Source of the DNA: a virus
Taxonomy: Duplodnaviria > Caudoviricetes
Length of the DNA: 42,075 nucleotides
IMG/VR virus record: IMGVR_UViG_3300048855_000209
Coordinates: 1 to 42,075 of that record
Reading direction: 5' to 3' (one strand)
Position numbers and translations under genes: made by a program. Within the stretch, counting starts at the first letter, position 1, and each line of letters begins with the position of its first letter. This document shows, one piece after another, positions 1-7,674 of this stretch. The notes under the pieces are model-generated. The model did not search any database. It was not told the DNA's origin and saw nothing but the letters and a program-made list of their open reading frames with translations.

Positions 1-1071
1 CTAAAAGACTGGGTCGCCCTCCCTGGGGGAGGATTCGGAGCGTCCAGTTGGCCTCTGTGTCCCTTTTTGTGCCACCCCCTGTTCTTGTTCCGTGAGGTGA
101 TCGAGATAGATCTCGGTGGTCTTCACCGACGTGTGCCCGAGGTGGGACTGAAGCTGGTAGATGTTGCCCCCGGCCTTCAGCCAGCGCACCGCGAACCAGT
201 GGCGCAGGTCGTGGACCCGGAACCGGCGGAAGACCCGCCCGTGCTCCCGCTCCTGCCGCTCGATCCGGCGCATCACCTGGCCGACGTTGGACGAAAAGTT
301 GGGGTAGTCCTTGAACAGCCGGCCTGACCGCGGCGCGTCAGCCAGCAGGGCCGTGGCATCCCCGCCGGGGGTCCGCCAGTCTACCACCCGGCGTCGGCTG
401 GTCTTGGTGAAGGTCAGGGTGATCTGGGCCCGCGCCTTGTCCACCTGCTCCCCCGTCAAATCCAAACCCTCCTGCAGCCGGAAGCCGGTCTCGTTCAGGA
501 GCCGCAGCACCTTCACCATCTCCTCCGGGGCCTCGGCCAGCAGGAGCTGCCACTCCCGATCACCTGGCAGGTGGATGGGGTCGCGCCGCTCCCGGACCAT
601 GGACCGGTCATAGTCCTTGGCTGGGTTGTCGGTCCGCCAGCCCCAGGACACGCAGGCGGCCAGGAGCCGGGAGAGGGCCGTGAGGTCGCGCCGGATGGTG
701 GCGTTGCTCACCGCGCCAGTCCTGGCGCTCACGTAGTCGGCGATGGTTTTGGCGGTGATCTGGTCCATCCTCAGGGCCCCGAAGATGGGGTCGAGCTGCC
801 CGATGCTGGCGAGGTAGCGGGTGGCGACGGCCGGCTTTACCGCGCCGGGCAGCACCTCCTTCGCCCAGCGCACGACGGCCTCCTTGAACGTCGGCGCGTC
901 GTGGTCACCCATCACCTCGCGGACGAGCTGCTTCTTCCATGCCTTGAAGAGCCTCGCCGCTTCCCGTGGATCAGTTGTCCGTAGGCTAGCTCGATACTGG
1001 ACACCGGCGATCTTGGTCCGGCCCCAGTAGGTGTCTCCACGGAGGTAGAGATTGCGAGGCGTCCTCGCCAT
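1..1071 (-). CDS. int: Tyrosine recombinase / phage integrase
   Basis: Catalytic motifs TGFRLQE (R), FTKT (K), HDLRH, LGH...TTEIY; N-terminal arm-binding-like segment; likely start ATG at 1071 (MARTPRN). Confidence 0.95.
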   Translation of the reverse strand: MARTPRNLYLRGDTYWGRTKIAGVQYRASLRTTDPREAARLFKAWKKQLVREVMGDHDAPTFKEAVVRWAKEVLPGAVKPAVATRYLASIGQLDPIFGALRMDQITAKTIADYVSARTGAVSNATIRRDLTALSRLLAACVSWGWRTDNPAKDYDRSMVRERRDPIHLPGDREWQLLLAEAPEEMVKVLRLLNETGFRLQEGLDLTGEQVDKARAQITLTFTKTSRRRVVDWRTPGGDATALLADAPRSGRLFKDYPNFSSNVGQVMRRIERQEREHGRVFRRFRVHDLRHWFAVRWLKAGGNIYQLQSHLGHTSVKTTEIYLDHLTEQEQGVAQKGTQRPTGRSESSPREGDPVF

Positions 1072-1259
1072 GCTTTGCGTTCCTCGGCCGCGATCCACGC
1101 GCGGATTTTGATGGGGTCGAAGGTCCAGACGCCGCTCAACTTGGCGGCGCCCTCCAGCTTTCCGGCCGCGGCAAGCTCCTGCACCTTGCGGATGGAAAGG
1201 GTGGTTTCGCGCGCTACCCAGTCGGCGCGCACGCGGGCGGGCAGGGCGGCTTCACCCAC
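912..1259 (-). CDS. xis: Excisionase-like winged-HTH protein
   Basis: SIRKVQELAAAGKLEGAAKLSGVWTFD resembles Xis/HTH_17; lies directly upstream of int and overlaps it; GTG start overlaps the end of the previous ORF. Confidence 0.75.
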   Translation of the reverse strand: MGEAALPARVRADWVARETTLSIRKVQELAAAGKLEGAAKLSGVWTFDPIKIRAWIAAEERKAWRGRLAISTSVETPTGAGPRSPVSSIELAYGQLIHGKRRGSSRHGRSSSSAR

Positions 1260-1575
1260 GGCCGGGGTCCTCCTCTGCCACCCCCGGCACCCCGGCGGCT
1301 TGGTTGGCGATCCGGGTATCGATCCATGCATCGAAGCGAGCGATGCTTTTGGCCGTCTCGTAGAGGAAGAAGCCCGCCTTGTCCGTGGGCACGTCCGTAC
1401 CTGGGCACCAATACTCGCCCGTCTGGTCCTGCTGCGCCTGGCAGCGCGTCCCGGCCTGCTTCTCCGTCCGCGCGCCGCAGGTCGGGCACGGGGCCCGCTT
1501 CATCTGACGCGCGGGTGGAGATTCTTCCTTCCCCCGCCCCGCGCCGCCCTGGCTCTGGTCAGGGGGCATGACCAT
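1252..1575 (-). CDS. Hypothetical phage protein (CPTC...C...C, possible Zn-binding)
   Basis: Fits the chain of overlapping genes in the leftward operon. Confidence 0.55.
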   Translation of the reverse strand: MVMPPDQSQGGAGRGKEESPPARQMKRAPCPTCGARTEKQAGTRCQAQQDQTGEYWCPGTDVPTDKAGFFLYETAKSIARFDAWIDTRIANQAAGVPGVAEEDPGRG

Positions 1576-1828
1576 ACCTCCATTCCAAGTGCATCAGGCT
1601 GCAGGGCACGGGGACCGCGTGCGACCGCCCGTGACGCCCTTCGATGCGCCCCTGATAGTGGTGCCAGGTATCAGCCCGATCGTAATTCAGACGACACTTG
1701 AGGCAGAGCAGGTCGGTGATGGGGTGGCCCAGGCACTCACTGCGCACAGGCATGATGAGGCGGCGAACCCTACGGCACTGCGTGCACTCGCAATCGCGTT
1801 GCCCGGCGTCTCGCGACATCAGGTTCAC
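1559..1828 (-). CDS. Hypothetical Cys/His-rich protein
   Basis: GTGA overlap with the upstream ORF stop; CxCxxC...CxxC motifs. Confidence 0.5.
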   Translation of the reverse strand: MNLMSRDAGQRDCECTQCRRVRRLIMPVRSECLGHPITDLLCLKCRLNYDRADTWHHYQGRIEGRHGRSHAVPVPCSLMHLEWRYGHAP

Positions 1829-2034
1829 GCCGCACCTCCCTCGCCGCGCTGAGGGGTAGTGCCTGCGCGCCACGCCCTCCGAAGCATTTCCTCGCAGGCA
1901 AAGATGATGGTCGCGGCATTCGGAGCGCCCTTCGCCTTCACTGTCGCGATCATCGACATGACGTGCCGGGTCAACGTCTCGTTGTAGGCTTGGCAGGCCG
2001 CGAGCTTGCGGCGCAGGTCTTCCGTCTCGCTCAT
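1825..2034 (-). CDS. Hypothetical protein (MSETEDLRRKLAAC...)
   Basis: ATGA coupling to the upstream ORF, preceded by a GAGG-containing RBS. Confidence 0.6.
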   Translation of the reverse strand: MSETEDLRRKLAACQAYNETLTRHVMSMIATVKAKGAPNAATIIFACEEMLRRAWRAGTTPQRGEGGAA

Positions 2035-2456
2035 GAACCCTCCCCCTCGGCCTGGCTGGGGCGGGTGCCGCGGGCGCGGATGGCGTGCGCTGCGTCCTCG
2101 ATCAACCTCCCCATATCGTCCGGATAGTCGCGCGCCTTCAGGTGCGGCACGTTGCAAATCTGCGCCTCAACCTTCCGCGCACACGCCTCCCGTTCCTCCT
2201 CCACGCGGGCGGCGACTTGGGCTTCGGTGTAGAGCGGGCCGCCGTAGCTCTTCGAGACGGCATGGCTGCGGGTGATGTATCCTTCGTTCCCAGGCTCGAT
2301 GCTCCACCACCCGTCCCCGCGCCACAGAAATGGCTCGCCGCCCAGCAGGTGCAGTGTTTCCTCTGCCTCCGGATTGAGCGGCACGCCGGGCTCTCCCGGC
2401 CATCCCCCCGCGTTCATCGGGGCGCCTCCGGTGGGGTGGGGGTTAGGCTGCATCAC
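2031..2456 (-). CDS. Hypothetical phage protein
   Basis: GTGA coupling; C-terminal EEEREACAR...AIRARG is typical of small phage early proteins. Confidence 0.6.
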   Translation of the reverse strand: MMQPNPHPTGGAPMNAGGWPGEPGVPLNPEAEETLHLLGGEPFLWRGDGWWSIEPGNEGYITRSHAVSKSYGGPLYTEAQVAARVEEEREACARKVEAQICNVPHLKARDYPDDMGRLIEDAAHAIRARGTRPSQAEGEGS

Positions 2457-3133
2457 GCGTCCTCCATCGGCCGCATGCCGGGGAAGTCATCCTCGGGCAG
2501 GTCGATATCCGCAGGGGGCTTCATATGCCGCTGGTAGGCGGCCGAACGGGCGGCATCCGCGCGCTGGAACGGCTTCTGGTCCGGCAGTTGGCCCAGAGCA
2601 TCCATGGATGCCTTCGCCTTCCTCGCGGCCTCTTCGACAGCCGCATAGTCGTCGCACGCCTCGAACATCGCCACGATCTGGTCGGCACGCTGATCGGCCT
2701 TGCTGCGCCCCTGTTCCGGCTGGCGCGCTGGCTCCTGCGGCGGGCGTGCGAGCGGCTTGACTGTGTAGGGCGCGCGCTTTGCCTTCGTGACGGTCAGGGC
2801 CATGACCATCTCGCGCGGGATGTCCGACATATGGCTGATACGAATGCCACCTACGGCCATGCCACCATACTGGACGCTCGGGTCGCGGTAGAGCGTCATC
2901 GAGCGACCTACATAGTCGGCGGCGTCCACCCCCCAAGCCGCAATCATGACGCGCCTCATAGATTTGCACGGGTAGAACGGCTTGCCTCCGTCACCTTCGA
3001 AAGACACGGCGACCGGCTGCTCACCATTCCCGGACCCGCTCACCTTCGTAACCGTGATAGTGCGTGGCCCGGCAATGAGGTCGTCGGCATTGAGCTGGTT
3101 GCTCTTCGGGGCAACCGTGGTGGACATGTCCAT
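2453..3133 (-). CDS. Conserved phage protein, putative ssDNA-binding/annealing partner of the exonuclease
   Basis: KSNQLNADDL...PCKSMRRVM...GGIRISHMS family; coupled directly downstream of YqaJ; acidic C-terminal tail (DIDLPEDDFP). Function is inferred. Confidence 0.7.
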   Translation of the reverse strand: MDMSTTVAPKSNQLNADDLIAGPRTITVTKVSGSGNGEQPVAVSFEGDGGKPFYPCKSMRRVMIAAWGVDAADYVGRSMTLYRDPSVQYGGMAVGGIRISHMSDIPREMVMALTVTKAKRAPYTVKPLARPPQEPARQPEQGRSKADQRADQIVAMFEACDDYAAVEEAARKAKASMDALGQLPDQKPFQRADAARSAAYQRHMKPPADIDLPEDDFPGMRPMEDA

Positions 3134-3822
3134 CAGATGACCATCTCCTGTTCGATGCGTCGTTCGGTGGGAATGAGGCGCGTCGTCGCCAGCACGTCGC
3201 GGTACTGCTCAAGCTTAATGGCGAGGCGCTCTTCGAACTCGGCCGCTGCCGTCAGAATGGCTTGCTGCACCTCGGGATCGGGGTAGGCACGGATCGGCAC
3301 CATTGGCAGACCACCGCTGTAGGACACGAGGTCGCACCACTCCCGTTCGGAGACGAGAAGGCCGGTTTGGATCTGCAACAGGTATTCCGGCGGAACCTCG
3401 CCAGTTCGGACGCACTCGATGATGGTCTGCACCTGGAACTTGGCGCGGCGGGACTTGCACTCGATCAGTCCGCCCTTGCCTACCAGCCCGTCCGGCGAGT
3501 AGCCGATGGTGAAGCCCCATTTGTCATTGGTGATGAAGCCCACTTCTTCGACCGGAGCGTAATGCTCGGCGTAGATGGCACGGGCCTCGATCTCATCCAC
3601 TTGGCCACGCAGCATGTCGTCGCTGACGTAGTGGGGCTCGACATGCTTGGTGATGCGCTGGGCGAGAAGCTCGTACAGGTGAGCACGCTCTTCCTTGTTG
3701 TTGGCCATCTTCAGCGTCGGCGTCAGGATCAGCTTCATTTCCGAGGCGGTCAGCAGACCGCAGCGCGCCTGGAGCCATTCCTCCGTGCCCTGCACGAGGT
3801 CGGGGTAGTAACGGATGCCCAC
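3133..3822 (-). CDS. YqaJ / lambda-exonuclease family recombination nuclease
   Basis: QGTEEWLQARCGLLTAS, YSPDGLV, IECK and Y..QIQ motifs. Confidence 0.92.
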   Translation of the reverse strand: MGIRYYPDLVQGTEEWLQARCGLLTASEMKLILTPTLKMANNKEERAHLYELLAQRITKHVEPHYVSDDMLRGQVDEIEARAIYAEHYAPVEEVGFITNDKWGFTIGYSPDGLVGKGGLIECKSRRAKFQVQTIIECVRTGEVPPEYLLQIQTGLLVSEREWCDLVSYSGGLPMVPIRAYPDPEVQQAILTAAAEFEERLAIKLEQYRDVLATTRLIPTERRIEQEMVI

Positions 3823-3823
3823 C

Positions 3824-3946
3824 TCACCCTCCCACGCACGCCAGAGCGACGAACAGCAGGGCGATGGTGGCGCCCCGGATGAGGCGGCGACGCCGCATGG
3901 GCTGACGCCAGGAGGGGGCGGGGTTGGCCCAGGTCACGGGGAACAT
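3824..3946 (-). CDS. 40-aa small membrane protein (not in ORF track): MFPVTWANPAPSWRQPMRRRRLIRGATIALLFVALACVGG
   Basis: Own translation; fills the operon gap, TGATG overlap with the upstream gene, C-terminal hydrophobic helix. Confidence 0.55.
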   Translation of the reverse strand: MFPVTWANPAPSWRQPMRRRRLIRGATIALLFVALACVGG

Positions 3947-4239
3947 CAGGCCACGTCCTCCATTTCCTCAGCGATCCGGTGCGCCAGCCTGTCCAGTCGG
4001 ACGAGGTTGCGATGCGCCCAGCGCGCGACCCGTGCCTGCTCCGGTGACGCACTGCCGTTCTCGACGCGCTCCTGCAGCCGGCCGAGCACGTTCTCCAGTC
4101 GCATGTCGGTCTCGCTGCGGTTGTTGATGGCGATGCCGAGCGTGAAGAGTTCGTCGTCCAGGGCGGCGCAGGCGTCAGCGATCCGATGCGCCTGGCGCTC
4201 ATCCCGCGTGAGCGCATCACGGTTGCTGATCGCGTTCAT
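3946..4239 (-). CDS. Hypothetical helical protein (MNAISNRDAL...)
   Basis: Fits the operon between the MTase and the exonuclease. Confidence 0.6.
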   Translation of the reverse strand: MNAISNRDALTRDERQAHRIADACAALDDELFTLGIAINNRSETDMRLENVLGRLQERVENGSASPEQARVARWAHRNLVRLDRLAHRIAEEMEDVA

Positions 4240-4276
4240 CGTGATGGACCCTTGGAGCTGGGGACAGCGGGCAGAG

Positions 4277-5944
4277 TCATGCTGCGATCTCCTGGCCGGC
4301 AGGAATGGAGAGCGCGTGCACCGCGTTGCTCTCGGCCAGTAGCCGCGCCATGCGCTTCGGCACGCTGTTTCCGATGAGGCGCATGGCCTCGGTCTTGGTG
4401 AGTGGACGGGTGGCACCGCCGACGGTGATATGCCGCGGCAGGTTCAACTCATGCGCGCGGGCCGCCTCCTCCGGCGTCAGCATCCGCATCCCGATGTCCA
4501 CGATCGCGTAAGGTCGGCCGGCGATGGTTACCGTGACGATGGAGTGCCGCGCTTTGGTTGTGACCGTCGCTAGTGGGTCCGTCGGGTCCTGTGTCTGGCT
4601 GCCCTCGCTGTAGTATTGCTGGCAGAAGGCGACGACGGCCGCGACATGTTCGCCGCCGGAGGTTAGGGTGGGAACTGGGGCTCCGACGTCCAGGGCCGTG
4701 CTTGTGCCACGCAGGTGGGCGAGATAGGCCATGCCGATCTGTTGCTGCGAGCCGGCCGTCGTCATGGTCGAGACGGGATCGCGGGCGTCGTGCCCAACGA
4801 CGCCGAGGTTGTGTTGCACCATCCAGGCCGCGACCACGGCGAACTTGTTGGTCCCGACCTGGGTCCCGATGGGCTCCTGGAGGTCGAGGATGCGGGGCGT
4901 TTGGCCTTCGCGCTCGCCGTAGCCGACCTGGATCAGCGTCGGAGCTACAACCGCCAGTTCCCCACCTTTCGCTGTGGTCAAGGTCGGCAGCGGCTCCAGA
5001 CCACTATGGGCTCGTGTCCCGCCCGAGTGGCAGACCGGCACGATGAACGGCTGCGGATTATCCAGCACATAGCGGCGCAGGCCGGCAGCGATGCGCGCCA
5101 TGGTCTTCTCGGCCAACGGGCGCTTACGACCGAAGATGGAGGGGCACGGGATAGACCAGTCGATAATGCGAGCAGCCGGCACCCAGGACTTCAGCCCGAG
5201 CGCCACGGCCTTGTCACGCGGAGCATGGGTCTGCACTGGCCAGCGGATCGGCAGGCCGTCCCGGCGCATCACCGCGAACAACCGGCGGCGCGAGGTCGGC
5301 ACACCGTAATCCGCGCAGCAGAGGTCGCGATCCTCATAGGTGAAGCCGAGGCCCTGCATGTGGCGCTTCCAGGCCCGAAAGCTGCGGCCCTGCCGGCGCC
5401 TGTCACGCACCAGCAGCTGCTCCTGCACCGGCACGCGCTCGCCCTTTGCCGCGACCGTGCCGTCGGCCTTCAGCACCAAGCCAGTAGCCTTGTCACGCTT
5501 GGCAACCAGTGGACCCCAGCCGCGGATCTCGCGGACGTTCTCAACGAAGATGACGTCGGGACGGGCAACGCCGGCCCATCGGCAGACCTGCCAGGGCAGG
5601 GACCGCACACGTGGGGAGCGCGGCGCGCCGCCCTTGGCCACGCTGTGGTCGGTGCAGTCGGGAGAGGCCCAGAGCACCTTCACTCGGCGACCGCCGGTAG
5701 CGGCAACTGGATCCACGTCGAAGATGTCGCCGCGGACATGCCGCGTGTGTGGATGGAGCGCAGCGTGGGCGGCCAGCGCCACATCATCGTGGTTGTTCGC
5801 CACGGCGACCGGGCAGCCGGCCTCCTCGAGCCCGGCGCATGCACCGCCCATGCCGGCAAAGAGTACCACGGTGATCGAAGCGTCGAGCGGCCACTGGGTA
5901 GCAGCAGCGCGCCTCAGTTCCGCGCGGGAGAGGCGGCGGTTCAC
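4277..5944 (-). CDS. Orphan DNA (cytosine-5) methyltransferase
   Basis: Motif I LFAGMGG, motif IV SPDC, motif VI ENV, motif VIII YGVPTSRRRLF, motif IX RMLTPEE.AR, motif X IGNSV. Confidence 0.93.
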   Translation of the reverse strand: MNRRLSRAELRRAAATQWPLDASITVVLFAGMGGACAGLEEAGCPVAVANNHDDVALAAHAALHPHTRHVRGDIFDVDPVAATGGRRVKVLWASPDCTDHSVAKGGAPRSPRVRSLPWQVCRWAGVARPDVIFVENVREIRGWGPLVAKRDKATGLVLKADGTVAAKGERVPVQEQLLVRDRRRQGRSFRAWKRHMQGLGFTYEDRDLCCADYGVPTSRRRLFAVMRRDGLPIRWPVQTHAPRDKAVALGLKSWVPAARIIDWSIPCPSIFGRKRPLAEKTMARIAAGLRRYVLDNPQPFIVPVCHSGGTRAHSGLEPLPTLTTAKGGELAVVAPTLIQVGYGEREGQTPRILDLQEPIGTQVGTNKFAVVAAWMVQHNLGVVGHDARDPVSTMTTAGSQQQIGMAYLAHLRGTSTALDVGAPVPTLTSGGEHVAAVVAFCQQYYSEGSQTQDPTDPLATVTTKARHSIVTVTIAGRPYAIVDIGMRMLTPEEAARAHELNLPRHITVGGATRPLTKTEAMRLIGNSVPKRMARLLAESNAVHALSIPAGQEIAA

Positions 5945-6159
5945 GCCCGCACCACGCTGTCGTCATCGCGCAGGATCAGCCCGGCCGACGCCAGCAGAGC
6001 CTTGACCGCGTCGCGATCCTCGTCAGCAGCGAAGGTGTTCGAGAGGCTGCCGTCAGCCCTGTAGAGCGCCCACCGCTCCAGCCCGAGGGAACCACCCTCG
6101 CGGCGGGCGATGTAGCCGACGACCTGCTCCTGCTGCTGCGCCACTGTCTCTCTCCTCAT
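5941..6159 (-). CDS. Hypothetical protein, first gene of the leftward early operon
   Basis: GTGA overlap with the MTase; start chosen downstream of the PL-like promoter. Confidence 0.55.
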   Translation of the reverse strand: MRRETVAQQQEQVVGYIARREGGSLGLERWALYRADGSLSNTFAADEDRDAVKALLASAGLILRDDDSVVRA

Positions 6160-6188
6160 CCCGGCCGGGGTGGCGGGTGGTGAGGGGA

Positions 6189-6241
6189 AGCATCGTATAG
6201 CCACGCTACACCGTCAAGCAGAAAGTGTAGCAGAACTACAC
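6189..6241 (-). promoter_or_regulatory. PL-like promoter with two 17-bp repressor operators (GTATAG-ccacg-CTACAC 6195-6211; GTGTAG-cagaa-CTACAC 6225-6241)
   Basis: Palindromic GTGTAG-N5-CTACAC is also found at 8077; TTGACG -35 on the minus strand (6217-6212) lies between the operators. Confidence 0.8.
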
Positions 6242-6305
6242 AGTTGACCTTGGCGGCCCTTTAGTGGATCGGCCGGGTAGGAAAAGCAGCCCTACACTCC
6301 AGACA

Positions 6306-6336
6306 CAAAAATCCCCGCCGGCCGGAGCGGGCGGGG
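6306..6336 (-). terminator. Intrinsic terminator
   Basis: CCCCGCC...GGCGGGG stem followed by ATTTTTG on the minus strand. Confidence 0.6.
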
Positions 6337-6422
6337 TGGGTCTGCAACGGGGCGCCTGGCGAACGCGTTAGATCGGGGCGCCCTCAGGGCTTGGGAGGCG
6401 CACCGACACTATCCTGAAACTC

Positions 6423-6456
6423 GCCCGGCGGGCCGATCCCTGCCGGGCTTTTCTTT
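6423..6456 (+). terminator. Intrinsic terminator
   Basis: GCCCGGC...GCCGGGC stem followed by TTTTCTTT. Confidence 0.65.
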
Positions 6457-6473
6457 GTCTGCTGCCCTGAACG

Positions 6474-6501
6474 AAGAAGCCCCGCCCTAACCGGCGGGGC
6501 T
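6474..6501 (-). terminator. Intrinsic terminator ending the operon downstream of cI
   Basis: AGCCCCGCC-ctaacc-GGCGGGGCT stem followed by TCTTC on the minus strand. Confidence 0.6.
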
Positions 6502-6556
6502 ACAAAGGTCCGCCAACGTCGGCGGTTACGCTCGTGAACCGCGTTGCAAACTCGGA

Positions 6557-6655
6557 TCAGCGTCGGTTCTGCAGGCTCTGCAGGCCGACCGCGATGCCGC
6601 CGAGAGCCAGGAAGAGCAAGGGCATGCCAATGAAAAGTAGCTCAGTCTTTGTCAC
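6557..6655 (-). CDS. 32-aa single-TM peptide (not in ORF track): MTKTELLFIGMPLLFLALGGIAVGLQSLQNRR
   Basis: Own translation; AGGAGG RBS before GTG, overlaps the end of the upstream membrane gene. Confidence 0.7.
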   Translation of the reverse strand: MTKTELLFIGMPLLFLALGGIAVGLQSLQNRR

Positions 6656-7184
6656 GGAGCCCTCCTAAGAGCTTTCTTGCCAACAAATGTAGGCCGACGG
6701 CGGCCAGAACACACGCGAAAATGCCTAGTTGCACCGCATCGCTGAGCGTCGGTGGCCCGGCGTTCTGCGGTGCGTAGACCAGGGCGGCCAGTGGTGTGGC
6801 GACGCCCACTGTGAAGAGGATCGTGGACAGTCGGTCAAACGCTCCGGCAGTGAGCTTGATGCGCTCGTTATGGACCCTGTCTGAAACCCGCGCGCCATGA
6901 AGGAAAAGGAACGTTGTGATTAAGAGAAAAGAAACAAGAATGCCGGGAAAGTAAACAGAAATCGCGAACAAAAAGACGGGCTTTGGAGTGTCAAAATAAA
7001 CGAGGCCGGCCACATAAGCGGGGAATCCTATTAGGCTAATAAGGCCGTTCATCCTCATCTGTGCCCAATAGTTAGTATCGCCTACTCGGACGCCGAATCT
7101 GTGGAGCAGCTTCGCGACCACCGCAGCAATAACGATGCCAAGCAATATCGCGCTGGTATTGGCGATTACCGCAGGCGCGCTCAC
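6642..7184 (-). CDS. Integral membrane protein (about 5 TM), candidate exclusion/immunity moron
   Basis: GTG start with GGAGAGGGAG RBS; five hydrophobic stretches; C-terminal HNERIKLTAGAFDRLST resembles a small alphaproteobacterial membrane family; N-terminal half visibly AT-richer. Confidence 0.75.
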   Translation of the reverse strand: MSAPAVIANTSAILLGIVIAAVVAKLLHRFGVRVGDTNYWAQMRMNGLISLIGFPAYVAGLVYFDTPKPVFLFAISVYFPGILVSFLLITTFLFLHGARVSDRVHNERIKLTAGAFDRLSTILFTVGVATPLAALVYAPQNAGPPTLSDAVQLGIFACVLAAVGLHLLARKLLGGLRDKD

Positions 7185-7218
7185 TGCTCCCTCTCCGCCA
7201 TCGCCCTGGCCAGGGCCG

Positions 7219-7401
7219 TCACCGGGTCTTCTCCTCAGGTGGCAGCAGCGGGACGGACGCATCCACCAGCCCCTCCTCTTTCGCAGCCGCCCGGGCAACG
7301 AAAAGGACCATTTGCCGCATTTCCGGGCTAAGCGCGTCCCACAAGTCCAGCAGCTCGGCGCGTTCCTTCAGGCTAGGCCGCTGACCGGGCGGGAAGGTCA
7401 C
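7219..7401 (-). CDS. 60-aa helical protein, paralog of 7398-7583; candidate SOS antirepressor
   Basis: GTGA coupling; 15/31 identities with its neighbour over ELLDLWDALSPEMRQMVLFVARAAAKE. Confidence 0.7.
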   Translation of the reverse strand: MTFPPGQRPSLKERAELLDLWDALSPEMRQMVLFVARAAAKEEGLVDASVPLLPPEEKTR

Positions 7402-7583
7402 GGGGCCTCCTTGGCCAACGCCCTAGCGAGCGTGAGGAGGATCTCGCGCTTCCCTGGGTTGAGCCTCGCCCAAAGGACCATGAGTTCCTCTTCCTCCTCC
7501 AGGATGGCCAGAGGGTTCAGGTCCTCAGCACGCTTGGCGGGAGGGGCATGTTCCTTCACAGGCATGTTCCTGCCGTGTGCCAT
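7398..7583 (-). CDS. 61-aa helical protein, paralog of 7219-7401; candidate SOS antirepressor
   Basis: Starts 12 nt downstream of a LexA box; ELMVLWARLNPGKREILLTLARALAKE. Confidence 0.7.
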   Translation of the reverse strand: MAHGRNMPVKEHAPPAKRAEDLNPLAILEEEEELMVLWARLNPGKREILLTLARALAKEAP

Positions 7584-7595
7584 TTTTGGACTCGT

Positions 7596-7610
7596 GTTCT
7601 GGTTATGTTC
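7596..7610 (-). promoter_or_regulatory. Alphaproteobacterial LexA (SOS) box GTTC-N7-GTTC (GAACataaccaGAAC on the minus strand)
   Basis: Perfect match GTTCtggttatGTTC in an intergenic position, immediately downstream of an ATGACG -35-like hexamer on the minus strand. Confidence 0.8.
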
Positions 7611-7674
7611 CCGTCATCCTCACGTGGTGGTTGTGGCGATTCGGAAGGTTTGTGCGTGGCACTCAGCATGCGGT

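Noticed and set aside
1-80. attL core or tRNA target; TGTGTCCC/TGTGCCAC repeats at about 56-75 as Int arm sites
   Set aside because: The window begins at the int stop, so no flank or second att copy is available; two short imperfect repeats are not enough evidence
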